64,000 nucleotides of DNA from Candidatus Melainabacteria bacterium (GTDB lineage: Bacteria > Actinomycetota > Actinomycetes > Mycobacteriales > Pseudonocardiaceae), in contig CAWFTJ010000004.1 in the NCBI GenBank assembly GCA_963818685.1, positions 649,304 through 713,303 of the forward strand. The letters are read 5' to 3'. The notes under the pieces are model-generated. The model was not told where the DNA came from. It saw only the letters and a list, made by a program, of their open reading frames with translations, and did not search any database. Of the stretch, positions 7,641 through 16,136 are shown piece after piece. The position numbers and the translations under genes are program-made. How positions within the stretch are numbered: position 1 is the first letter of the stretch; the number at the start of each line of letters is the position of its first letter.

Positions 7641-8429
7641 ATGAGCCGTCTGTACGTCACCCGGGGGCGGCTCGTGGCCGTGGAATCGTCCCTGTCGTCT
7701 CGGGACTGGCGGGTCCTGGCCACCATGGGCCGACTGCGGCTGGCGTCCTCCGGCCAGCTGGAGCGCCTGCACTACGGCGACGTCACGCCCCGTCGGGCGC
7801 GGCAACTGCTCGCGGGCATGGTCGAACGCGGGCTGCTCGCCCGCCTGCCGCGCGTCGTGGGTGGCCTGCGGGCGGGTTCGGTCGGTTACGTCTACACGCT
7901 CGACCGCGCCGGTAGCCGCCTGCTCCGACCCGGCCGCACCTTCCGCCGACCGGATGATCCCGGTGGCCGCTTCCTGGGTCACAGCCTCGCCATCTCGGAG
8001 CTGTACGTCGGGTTGGTCGAAGCCCACCGCGCGGGCACGCTGACGCTGGCCAGCTTCGCGAGTGAGCCCGGATGTTGGCGCCGTTTTGCTGGGGCTGGTG
8101 GCGGCCAAGTCATCCTCAAGCCGGACTGCGCTGCTACCACTCGCCTTGGCCGCTACGAGGATCGCTGGCTCATCGAGGTCGACCGCGCGACCGAGGCGGT
8201 ATCGGTGGTCGCGCGTAAGTGCGAGCTGTACCGGCGCTACTGGCAGGCTGGCATCGAACAGGCTCAGTTTGGCGTCTTTCCCCGCGTGCTCTGGGTGGTA
8301 CCGGACCAGGCTCGCGCTGACGCGCTGGGGGCCGTGTTTAGCCGCTTGCCCCGTGAGGTTCAGCCCCTCTTCGCGGTAGCCGTAACGGGCGAGGCGGTGA
8401 GTCGCATCGCGCGGGGAGCGCACCTATGA
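7641..8429 (+). CDS. Replication-relaxation family protein (Replic_Relax-like, putative relaxase/initiator)
   Basis: The pattern RDWRVLATMGRLRLASSGQLERLHYG...ARQLLAGMVERGLLARL...YVYTLDRAGSRLL matches my recollection of PF13814 proteins of actinobacterial plasmids. Start at ATG 7641 behind GAGG; 7617 is an alternative. Confidence 0.8.
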   Translation: MSRLYVTRGRLVAVESSLSSRDWRVLATMGRLRLASSGQLERLHYGDVTPRRARQLLAGMVERGLLARLPRVVGGLRAGSVGYVYTLDRAGSRLLRPGRTFRRPDDPGGRFLGHSLAISELYVGLVEAHRAGTLTLASFASEPGCWRRFAGAGGGQVILKPDCAATTRLGRYEDRWLIEVDRATEAVSVVARKCELYRRYWQAGIEQAQFGVFPRVLWVVPDQARADALGAVFSRLPREVQPLFAVAVTGEAVSRIARGAHL

Positions 8430-9439
8430 GCGCGCCGCGTAATACCATCCTGATTGGCGATGCAGGCGAGCAGTTGGCGCAGTTGCCAGCAGCCTGTGTC
8501 GATTGCGTCGTGACGAGTCCGCCGTACTTCCAATTACGTAATTACCAGGTCGACGGTCAGCTTGGCACCGAACCGACTATTGCCGGTTGGGTCGCCGATC
8601 TCCGCACAGTAATGCGTGAAGTGGCGCGGGTACTGACCCCGACAGGCGGCTTGTGGCTCAATCTCGGCGACAGTTTCTCGCGGCACCCGCGCTACGGGGC
8701 GCCAGTCAAGGGACTCTTACTCGCCCCCGAACGCCTGCTGCTGGCGCTGGCTCAAGACGGTTGGCTGGTGCGCAACAAAGTGATCTGGGCGAAAACCAAC
8801 CCTATGCCGAGTTCGGTTGGCGACCGCCTGACGCTGACTTACGAGATGGTGTATTTCTTGGTGCGCCAGCGATCCTACTTTTTTGATCTGGACGCCATTC
8901 GGGAGCCGCACCGGACCGCCACCATCACCAAACGCAAAACCGAGCCCGCCAGCAAACGTCCCGCCTGGGCCGGACCGCTCGCCACGACGCGCGGCGGCCT
9001 GCGGTCAGGCATGGTCGGCCACCCGGGCGGCAAGAATCCGGGCGATGTCTGGCACATCGCCACTCGTGGATTCCGGGGCGCTCATTTTGCCGTGTTCCCA
9101 CCGGAGCTGGTGCGCCGCCCGATTCTGGCCAGCTGTCCCGCCGTGGTCTGCACGGCCTGCGGGCAGGGACAAAAGGTAAGTACCGGCATGCTGCCCTGTG
9201 ATTGCCATGCGCCCGCCCGACGCGGATTGGTACTCGACCCGTTTTTCGGCACGGGAACCGTTGGGGCCGTTGCGCAAGAGGTAGGGCGGGACTATCTCGG
9301 TATCGAGCTAAACCCGGACTTTGCGCGGATGGCAGAGGAGCGGCTTGGCCTCGTGCCGCGTCTGGGAGCACCCCAGGCGCCCAAAGTACGTCGCTTGCCC
9401 CGAGCCGGTCAGACCGAACCTGAGGACCTCGCGGCATGA
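8426..9439 (+). CDS. Beta-class N4-cytosine/N6-adenine DNA methyltransferase (orphan)
   Basis: Catalytic TSPPY motif at the N-terminus. AdoMet motif VLDPFFGTGTVGAVA near the C-terminus, the circular permutation typical of the N6_N4_Mtase family. ATGA overlap with the upstream gene. Confidence 0.9.
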   Translation: MSAPRNTILIGDAGEQLAQLPAACVDCVVTSPPYFQLRNYQVDGQLGTEPTIAGWVADLRTVMREVARVLTPTGGLWLNLGDSFSRHPRYGAPVKGLLLAPERLLLALAQDGWLVRNKVIWAKTNPMPSSVGDRLTLTYEMVYFLVRQRSYFFDLDAIREPHRTATITKRKTEPASKRPAWAGPLATTRGGLRSGMVGHPGGKNPGDVWHIATRGFRGAHFAVFPPELVRRPILASCPAVVCTACGQGQKVSTGMLPCDCHAPARRGLVLDPFFGTGTVGAVAQEVGRDYLGIELNPDFARMAEERLGLVPRLGAPQAPKVRRLPRAGQTEPEDLAA

Positions 9440-9532
9440 CGGCGGCCCCCTCGTCGGTGTCGTGCGGCTGCATCACACATTCCCACCTGGAGAATGGGCA
9501 GCCGCACCCGCACCGAGGAGGTACGAGGGAAC

Positions 9533-9850
9533 ATGCCTGAGGCCAAAGACGGCGTCAAGACATTGGGCATTCGATTGCCCAACGCCTTGCATTCCCAGTT
9601 CGCACTCACGGCACAGGTCGATGACATCTCGCTGGGCGATGCCGCCCTGCGGGCCGTCGAGCTGTATGTGGCGACCAAGAAGGCCGAGCCGGACTTCGCA
9701 GCCCGTGCTCAGGCCGCGCTCGACGCCATCGAGGAGGAGGCAGCCGCACGGCGAGCCGCGATTCAGAGCCTGTTCGGTGTCACCGAACCGGCCGCTACCG
9801 GCACCTCAACTACCAGTCCGAGAGGCCGCAAGCCGCAGAACGAAAGCTAA
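9533..9850 (+). CDS. Ribbon-helix-helix (CopG/Arc-like) DNA-binding protein
   Basis: KTLGIRLPNALHSQFALTAQVDDISLGDAALRAVELYV fits a beta-strand/helix/helix RHH core. ATG 9533 lies behind GAGGAGG. Confidence 0.6.
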   Translation: MPEAKDGVKTLGIRLPNALHSQFALTAQVDDISLGDAALRAVELYVATKKAEPDFAARAQAALDAIEEEAAARRAAIQSLFGVTEPAATGTSTTSPRGRKPQNES

Positions 9851-10057
9851 CCAACGGCTTTTGATTTGCGTCACTAGTGACGAGCGGCGTGCATATTGCG
9901 CGCTGCTCGTCACCTCAAACCCAAAACACCCTACGACCGCGTTCACAACGATAAATAGGCCAGGATGGCCTTTCTTGGCAACCGCGCGCGGGCCTGGAAA
10001 AATGGCAGAAAGGACGAGAAAAAGTGGTCGCAAAACAGCACATACGGAGCTACAGTC

Positions 10058-10534
10058 ATGACGCGAGAATCGCGTATCGATGATTCTATGAGGCGCGCAC
10101 TGGCGCTGCTCTACCTGCGGGCAGCCAGTGGAAATCAGGCCGAGCGCGACCAAGCCATCGTGGCACAACAGCACGTATGCACGCGGCGGGCCGCGCAGCT
10201 GCGCGCAGTGGTCGCCTGCGAGTTTGTGGACTTCGGCTCCGGCTTCAGTATCGAGCGCCCTGGAATGGCCGAGTTGCTCACCAAGCTTGGCGAACTCCGG
10301 GCCACCATGCCATGCCGACCGTGCTACGTGGTTGCCGCCGATCACGCTCGGATTGGCCGCAGTGTCCAGGCGTATAGCCACATGTCCTACGAGATCGACC
10401 GAGCGGGCGGGCTCATCAACATCGCATCGGTGGCGCTGGCCGAGTATGAGGCGCTCGCGCGCCGCGCGGCCGAGGCCAACGCCGACGGGTGCCACCGCCG
10501 GAATCAGCGTAATGAGGAAGGAGGTCAGACATGA
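10058..10534 (+). CDS. Resolvase N-terminal-domain-only protein with Ala at the nucleophile position
   Basis: LLYLRAASGNQ aligns to the integrase LYLRVSTSKQ (S to A at the catalytic Ser). FVDFGSGFSIERPGMAELL and RIGRS retain resolvase-core motifs. No HTH, recombinase or zinc-ribbon domain follows. Confidence 0.65.
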   Translation: MTRESRIDDSMRRALALLYLRAASGNQAERDQAIVAQQHVCTRRAAQLRAVVACEFVDFGSGFSIERPGMAELLTKLGELRATMPCRPCYVVAADHARIGRSVQAYSHMSYEIDRAGGLINIASVALAEYEALARRAAEANADGCHRRNQRNEEGGQT

Positions 10535-10592
10535 CTCCCACTTACATCGTCACCGTTCGCAACGTCAGCAAATTTCATAAAGGAGGGTTGAT

Positions 10593-12287
10593 ATGAGTCA
10601 AATTACCGCACCAATAGCAGAACTAATAGGAGGCAGCGGTCGTAAGCGCGCGGTCCTCTACTTACGGGTGTCCACGTCCAAGCAAGCCGACAAGGACAAT
10701 GACCCGGACGGCTACTCGCTGCCCGCCCAAGAGGATGCCTGCCGCCGTAAGGCGGAAGCGCTGGACGCTGAAGTCGTGGCCGTGTTCGTCGACCGAGGCG
10801 AGAGCGCCAAAACCGCCGACCGTCGCGAGTTTCAGCGGATGCTGGCCTTCGTCCAGAAGAGCGGGGACATCGACTACGTCATCCTGGACAAGGTGGACCG
10901 CTTCGCTCGCAATCGCCGCGATGACGCCAACCTGATGTTTGAACTGCGGACCGCTGGCGCCCAGCTCGTGTCGGTCAAGGAGAACATCGACGAGACCCCC
11001 GCAGGCCAGCTCTTGCACGCCATCATGGCCGGGATCGCGGAGTTCTACTCCAAGAACTTGGCTACCGAAGCCCTCAAGGGCATGACCCAAAAGGCCAAGG
11101 TCGGCGGCACGCCGGGTCGGGCGCCCATTGGCTACCTCAACACGCGGCGGCGCATCGACGGCCGCGAGGTCCGCACCGTCGAGGTGGACCCGGAGCGCGC
11201 GTCCCTCGTGCAGTGGGCGTTTGAGGCTTACGCCACCGGGGAGTGGACCATCCGCAGCCTGACCGAGGAGCTGGGGGCCAGGGGCTTACGGGCACTCCCG
11301 CACGGGCAGAAGCTGCCCGGTCCGGTCCAGACCTCGCATGTCGCCCACCTGCTGAAGAACCGCTACTACCTGGGGAAGGTGACGTTCAAGGGTGTCGAGT
11401 ACGACGGCCGCCACCAACCCCTCGTCCCACAGGCTTTGTTCGACCGCGTCCAGGAGGTCTTTTTGTTGCACGACAAGTCCGGCGAACGTCAGCGCATCTT
11501 CCGCCACTACCTCAAGTCAACGGTCGTTTGCGGCCGCTGTGGCTCCCGGCTGTGTCTGACGAACGCCAAGGGGCAGTACCTCTACTTCTACTGTCAGGGC
11601 CGCCACCAGCGGCGGACTGACTGCCAGTTGCCGTATCTGGCGGCCGAAGACGTCGAGCGGGCGGTGGAGCGCTCCTACCGGGCGGTGCGCATACCGGCCG
11701 ACCTCCAGGAGACCATCCGGGAGGGGCTGCGGACCGAACTGGACCAGCAGCAGCGCCGAGCGGAGCCGGAGATGGCCTACGCCCGGAGCCGCGTCAACGA
11801 GTTGGAGCAGGAGCGGCGGCGGCTGGGGCGAGGCGTCGTGACGGGCGCCATCCCCGAGGACGTCGGCCGGGAGGAGCAGACGCGGATCACTCGGGAGCTG
11901 GACCAGGCTAAACGGACGTTGGCAGCCTCGACCATGGTGTTTGCCAAGATCGCCGACACCCTGAACCGTGCCCTGGAGCTGGTCGGACGGTGTGATGAGG
12001 TCTACCGGTTGGGTGGGCCGCAGGTCCGGCGGCTGTCGAACCAGTTCTTCTTTGAGCGGGTGCTCATAGACGTGGAGGAAGAAGGTGAGACCCGAGTCAC
12101 CGGAGCGGTGCTCCGGGAGCCCTGGGCAACGCTTCTGACCAGGGAGTTTCAGGCCAAGATGGCGGCTAACACGACGAACCTCGGTCGCCATGTTGGCGGC
12201 CGAGGTTCGTATGTGAGTGCTCTGGTGCCCCCGGCAGGAATCGAACCTGCGACACACGGTTTAGGAAACCGTTGCTCTATCCCCTGA
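10593..12287 (+). CDS. Large serine recombinase (integrase)
   Basis: YLRVSTSKQ catalytic motif, DRFARN, a recombinase domain, the zinc ribbon CGRCGSRL...YYFYCQGRHQ...C and a long coiled-coil. Strong RBS AAAGGAGGG. The last ~21 codons are encoded antisense to the tRNA gene. Confidence 0.9.
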   Translation: MSQITAPIAELIGGSGRKRAVLYLRVSTSKQADKDNDPDGYSLPAQEDACRRKAEALDAEVVAVFVDRGESAKTADRREFQRMLAFVQKSGDIDYVILDKVDRFARNRRDDANLMFELRTAGAQLVSVKENIDETPAGQLLHAIMAGIAEFYSKNLATEALKGMTQKAKVGGTPGRAPIGYLNTRRRIDGREVRTVEVDPERASLVQWAFEAYATGEWTIRSLTEELGARGLRALPHGQKLPGPVQTSHVAHLLKNRYYLGKVTFKGVEYDGRHQPLVPQALFDRVQEVFLLHDKSGERQRIFRHYLKSTVVCGRCGSRLCLTNAKGQYLYFYCQGRHQRRTDCQLPYLAAEDVERAVERSYRAVRIPADLQETIREGLRTELDQQQRRAEPEMAYARSRVNELEQERRRLGRGVVTGAIPEDVGREEQTRITRELDQAKRTLAASTMVFAKIADTLNRALELVGRCDEVYRLGGPQVRRLSNQFFFERVLIDVEEEGETRVTGAVLREPWATLLTREFQAKMAANTTNLGRHVGGRGSYVSALVPPAGIEPATHGLGNRCSIP

Positions 12288-12298
12288 GCTACGAGGGC
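12223..12298 (-). tRNA. tRNA-Arg (anticodon CCT), CCA encoded
   Basis: Folded by hand from the reverse complement: GCCCTCG TA GCTC AGGGGATA GAGC A ACGGT TTCCTAA ACCGT GTGTC GCAGG TTCGATT CCTGC CGGGGGC A CCA. There is a 7-bp acceptor stem (one G-U), a GTTCGATTCC T-arm and anticodon CCT. Confidence 0.9.
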
Positions 12299-12506
12299 TC
12301 TGAAGTTGTGTTCGCCCAGCTTACCGGGCCTGGCACGCTAGTTCCGACCCGACCCGATCAACCCGTGAGGCGAAACCTGTCCCGCGTCCCTTGATCGGCC
12401 GTTCCGGTCCCGGCGCCTGATGATTGTAAGGCTAGCGGCCGGCGGGCTTGTGCGCGGAGTTCAGTGCGATCGGCGGTGATTGCGCAAGGGCCGCAGGTGG
12501 AACTGG

Positions 12507-13160
12507 TCAGCGGGCCAGGACCAGTGGGGCCAGGTAGCGCTGGGCGGTGGCGCGGGCTTCCTCGTCGGTGCGTAGGGGGAGGCACGTGTCGGGGGTGAGC
12601 ACGAGCGAGATGGACAGGCGGACGAGGATCTCAGCTACTTCCTCTGGGTTGATGCGCAGGGTTCCGGCTTTCGCCTCCGGGCTGGCCAGGTACTGCCGCA
12701 TGAGGAACTCCCGGACGACGGCGAGTGCCGGGCCGCCGTGGATGGTCAGGAAGGGCAGTGACGCCTCGGGCTCGATGGTGAGCATGCGGTTCAGCAGCGG
12801 CTGCTGGCGGGCGGTGCGTAGGCCGACGACGAACCCTTCGACCAGGCGTTCGGCCAGCGTGGGCAATTCGGCAGTCGCTGCCGCGATGTCTTCGAAAAAC
12901 CGGCGGGCTTCTCGGACGAGGACGGCTTGCAGCAGCTCGTCGCGGTTGGGGAAGCGACGGTAAATGGTCGCTCTGCCGATGCCCGCGCGGCGCGCGATGT
13001 CGTCGACGCTGGTGCGGCGCAGTCCGTGATCGAGGTATTCGGCGAGGGCCGCGTCGAGAATCCTGATGCCGATTTCGTCGGTGTCCGGGGAATGCAGAAT
13101 CTCCGCGAGCAGGGCGGACGCGGATACCGAGGATGCCGGCGTAGCTGAAGTGGAAGTCAT
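12507..13160 (-). CDS. TetR family transcriptional regulator
   Basis: N-terminal HTH RTSVDDIARRAGIGRATIYRRFPNRDELL. Confidence 0.9.
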   Translation of the reverse strand: MTSTSATPASSVSASALLAEILHSPDTDEIGIRILDAALAEYLDHGLRRTSVDDIARRAGIGRATIYRRFPNRDELLQAVLVREARRFFEDIAAATAELPTLAERLVEGFVVGLRTARQQPLLNRMLTIEPEASLPFLTIHGGPALAVVREFLMRQYLASPEAKAGTLRINPEEVAEILVRLSISLVLTPDTCLPLRTDEEARATAQRYLAPLVLAR

Positions 13161-13302
13161 CGCGAAAAGAGTTTATCGCGGCGACGCTGACATTCGTGTC
13201 GGGCGGCCAGGTCGTCCGAATGATCGCGGCGACTTGACGAAGTCCGCGTTCGTCGGCCATATACAGTTGGTCTTTCTCCGCCGGTAGTGCCTGCCGGGGC
13301 GA

Positions 13303-13917
13303 TCAGCCGAACATGGGGCCGTGAACCTGGGTAATGATCGACACCAGGGTGGTGGACAGCAGGGTGCGGACCTGGTCCCTGGTCAGCGTCTTGCGAGTCA
13401 TCCATTCCTTTGTGGCGACCCTGGCCAGGCCGCTGAACGAGCGCATCATCGCGCGCAGTTCGTCGCGGCCCTCGGTGAGGTCGGCTAGGCCGAGGGTTTC
13501 GATCATGCGGTCGGCCGCGATCTCGTCGGCCTGCTGGAGGATCTGCTCGACGTCCGGGTCGCGGCCGTAGCCACCGGTGCCGACGGTGGTCAGCCACATG
13601 GTCTTGTTGCGCTCGATGACGTCGAGGAACCGGTCCATGCTGGCATCCGCGCGCTGCTGGATGCTGCCGTGCGCCAACCGCTCCACCGCGAACTCGGGGA
13701 AGAAGGTCAGCTCGCGGATGACTTCTAGGTACAGCTCGCGCTTGGTGCCGAAGTAGTGGTTGATCAGGCCGCGCGCGACACCGCTCTGTCTGGCCAGTTC
13801 GGTGGTGGACACGGCCTCGTAGTGCCGCTCGCCGAACAGCCTGCGTGCGCACGCGAGGATCTGCGCCCGACGCTGGTCGGGTTCGAGCCTGCGCCAACGG
13901 GGTGCGGTGCTGGTCAC
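13303..13917 (-). CDS. TetR family transcriptional regulator
   Basis: HTH VSTTELARQSGVARGLINHYFGTKRELY. Its start overlaps the stop of the upstream hydratase gene. Confidence 0.9.
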   Translation of the reverse strand: MTSTAPRWRRLEPDQRRAQILACARRLFGERHYEAVSTTELARQSGVARGLINHYFGTKRELYLEVIRELTFFPEFAVERLAHGSIQQRADASMDRFLDVIERNKTMWLTTVGTGGYGRDPDVEQILQQADEIAADRMIETLGLADLTEGRDELRAMMRSFSGLARVATKEWMTRKTLTRDQVRTLLSTTLVSIITQVHGPMFG

Positions 13918-14780
13918 GTCTGCTCTCCCTGCTTGCGCCAGGGCAGGTAGTCGGGTAGGTCGGTGCTCACCTTGCCGGTGAACCGCGGGGGTCTGCGCTG
14001 CAGGAACGACACCACGCCCTCGATCGCGTCCGGGTCGCCTGCCGCGCCCGCGATCAGCTGGGAGTCGAGGTCGCGGGCGGGGAACGGAGAGTCGAGGGAG
14101 GCCATTCGGTAGAGCAGTTGGCGGGTGACCGCTACCGAGATGGGCGCTGTCTTGGCGGCCAGTTCCTCGGCGAGTTCGTAGGCTGCGGGGAGGACGTCGT
14201 CCGCTTCGTACAGGCGGTGTACGAGACCTGCGGAGTGAGCTTCTTGAGCGTCGAACACGCGGCCGCTGATCATCCAGTCCAGCGCGGTGCCCATGCCGAC
14301 GAGCCGGGGCAGGAACCAGGTGGACGCGCCTTCCGGCACGATGCCGCGCCGGGTGAACACGAAGCCGAAGCGGCTGTCATTGGCGGCGAGGCGGTAGTCG
14401 GCGGGGAGGGTGATCGTGGAACCGGCGCCGACCGCTGCGCCGCGGATGGCCGCGATCACGGGCTTGTTCATGGCGAAGATGGCGAGGGAGGCGCGGCCAG
14501 CGGGTTCGTGGTACTCGGTCGGGGCGTCGTTCTGCGGGTTCGCGCGGTCGGCGAAGGTTTCGCTACCACTGAGGTCGGCGCCTACCGAGAAATCGTTGCC
14601 GTGGCCGGTGAAGACGACGGCGCGGATGCTGTCGTCGGCGTCCGCGCGGGGGAAGGCGTCGGCGAGTTCGTCTGCCATCCGCACGGTGTAGCCGTTGCGG
14701 CGTTGCGGCCGGTTCAACGCGATGGTCGCGACGGGGCCCTTCACCTCGTAGGTGATCTGCTGGTACTCGTCGATCGCCAC
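13914..14780 (-). CDS. Enoyl-CoA hydratase/isomerase (crotonase) family protein
   Basis: VATIALNRPQRRNGYT, FTGHGNDFSVGADL and IAAIRGAAVGAG are crotonase-fold signatures. Confidence 0.9.
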   Translation of the reverse strand: MAIDEYQQITYEVKGPVATIALNRPQRRNGYTVRMADELADAFPRADADDSIRAVVFTGHGNDFSVGADLSGSETFADRANPQNDAPTEYHEPAGRASLAIFAMNKPVIAAIRGAAVGAGSTITLPADYRLAANDSRFGFVFTRRGIVPEGASTWFLPRLVGMGTALDWMISGRVFDAQEAHSAGLVHRLYEADDVLPAAYELAEELAAKTAPISVAVTRQLLYRMASLDSPFPARDLDSQLIAGAAGDPDAIEGVVSFLQRRPPRFTGKVSTDLPDYLPWRKQGEQT

Positions 14781-14840
14781 GTCGATCGGCCTCCTTCGGG
14801 TGACTCACGTCATGCGAACGGTAAGCCGGTCCCAGGGCTA

Positions 14841-14855
14841 TTGACAAGCTGTCAA
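14841..14855. promoter_or_regulatory. Perfect palindrome TTGACA-AGC-TGTCAA in the divergent hydratase/fadA intergenic region (candidate TetR operator overlapping a -35-like hexamer)
   Basis: Read directly from the sequence. It lies between divergent beta-oxidation genes, and two TetR genes sit in the leftward operon. Confidence 0.4.
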
Positions 14856-14897
14856 CAAGCGGGAAAATGGGTTACTGACGGGTAGCCAAGGAGGCGC

Positions 14898-16124
14898 GTG
14901 AGTGTGACTGCGAACAGCGAGGCTTTCATCTACGAGGCGATCCGCACTCCGCGCGGTCGCGGCAAGAAGAACGGGTCGCTGCACGCGACCAAACCGGTGT
15001 CGCTGATCGTCGGTCTGATCGACGAGATGCGCCGCCGCTTCCCCGACCTCGACCCCGCCCGCATCGACGACATCGTGCTCGGCGTTGTCACGCCCGTCGG
15101 CGACCAGGGCTCGGACATCGCGCGCACCGCTGCCATTCTCGCCGGCCTGCCGGACACGGTCGGCGGCGTGCAGCTGAACCGGTTCTGCGCCTCCGGCCTT
15201 GAGGCCGTGAACACGGCGGCGCAGAAGGTCCGGTCGGGTTGGGACAACCTGATCCTAGCCGGTGGCGTCGAGTCCATGTCGCGGGTGCCGATGGGTTCCG
15301 ACGGCGGCGCATGGGCGATGGACCCGGAGACCAACTACGAGACCTACTTCGTGCCGCAGGGCATCGGCGCCGACCTGATCGCCACCATCGAGGGCTTCTC
15401 CCGCACCGACGTGGATACCTACGCGGTCGGCTCGCAGGAGCGGGCGGCCAAGGCGTGGGCGGGCGGCTACTTCGCCAAGTCGGTCGTGCCGGTGATCGAC
15501 CGCAACGGCATCCCCGTGCTGGACCACGACGAGCACATGCGACCCGACTCGACGGTCGAGGGCATCGGCAAGCTTGGCGCGTCGTTCGAGGGCATCGGCG
15601 AGATGGGCGGCTTCGACGCAGTCGCGCTGCAGAAGTACCACTGGGTCGAGAAGATCAACCACGTGCACACCGCGGCCAACTCCTCCGGCATCGTGGACGG
15701 TGCCGCGCTGGTGCTGGTCGGCAACGGCAAGGCCGGGGACGAGTACGGCCTCACCCCGAGGGCGCGCATCGTCGCCACCGCGACCACCGGCGCGGACCCG
15801 ACGATCATGTTGACCGGGCCGACCCCGGCCACCCGCAAGGTGTTGGCAACCGCCGGTCTGTCCATTGCGGACATCGATCTTTTTGAGATCAACGAGGCAT
15901 TCGCCTCGGTTGTGCTCAAGTACATGAAGGACCTGAATCTGCCGCAGGAGAAGGTCAACGTCAACGGTGGTGCGATCGCCATGGGCCACCCGCTCGGCGC
16001 GACCGGCGCGATGCTGGTCGGCACCGTCGTCGACGAGTTGGAGCGGCGGGACGCGCGGCGTGCCGTTGTCACGCTGTGCATCGGCGGCGGCATGGGCGTC
16101 GCGACCATCATCGAGCGGGTCTGA
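14898..16124 (+). CDS. fadA: Acetyl-CoA C-acyltransferase (3-ketoacyl-CoA thiolase)
   Basis: [21 protein letters not shown]..., [10 protein letters not shown] (active-site Cys) and the C-terminal GGGMG. Paired with fadB as in mycobacteria. Confidence 0.92.
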   Translation: MSVTANSEAFIYEAIRTPRGRGKKNGSLHATKPVSLIVGLIDEMRRRFPDLDPARIDDIVLGVVTPVGDQGSDIARTAAILAGLPDTVGGVQLNRFCASGLEAVNTAAQKVRSGWDNLILAGGVESMSRVPMGSDGGAWAMDPETNYETYFVPQGIGADLIATIEGFSRTDVDTYAVGSQERAAKAWAGGYFAKSVVPVIDRNGIPVLDHDEHMRPDSTVEGIGKLGASFEGIGEMGGFDAVALQKYHWVEKINHVHTAANSSGIVDGAALVLVGNGKAGDEYGLTPRARIVATATTGADPTIMLTGPTPATRKVLATAGLSIADIDLFEINEAFASVVLKYMKDLNLPQEKVNVNGGAIAMGHPLGATGAMLVGTVVDELERRDARRAVVTLCIGGGMGVATIIERV

Positions 16125-16136
16125 GGGGCGCAAAGC

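Larger units (their letters stand above)
600..12298. mobile_element. Integrated mobilizable/conjugative element (IME/ICE-like) ending at tRNA-Arg; left boundary unresolved and may lie beyond the window
   Basis: Visibly lower GC than the flanking chromosome. Gene content is T4 coupling protein, replication-relaxation protein, two orphan DNA methyltransferases, a SprT-like protease and a large serine recombinase directly abutting a tRNA gene. Many ATGA/GTGA overlapping starts. Confidence 0.7.

Noticed and set aside
13175-13233. Two copies of ATCGCGGCGAC 48 bp apart between the two TetR genes, as a possible operator pair
   Set aside because: They are direct rather than inverted repeats, GC-rich and short. 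Chance occurrence in 70% GC DNA cannot be excluded without genome-wide statistics.
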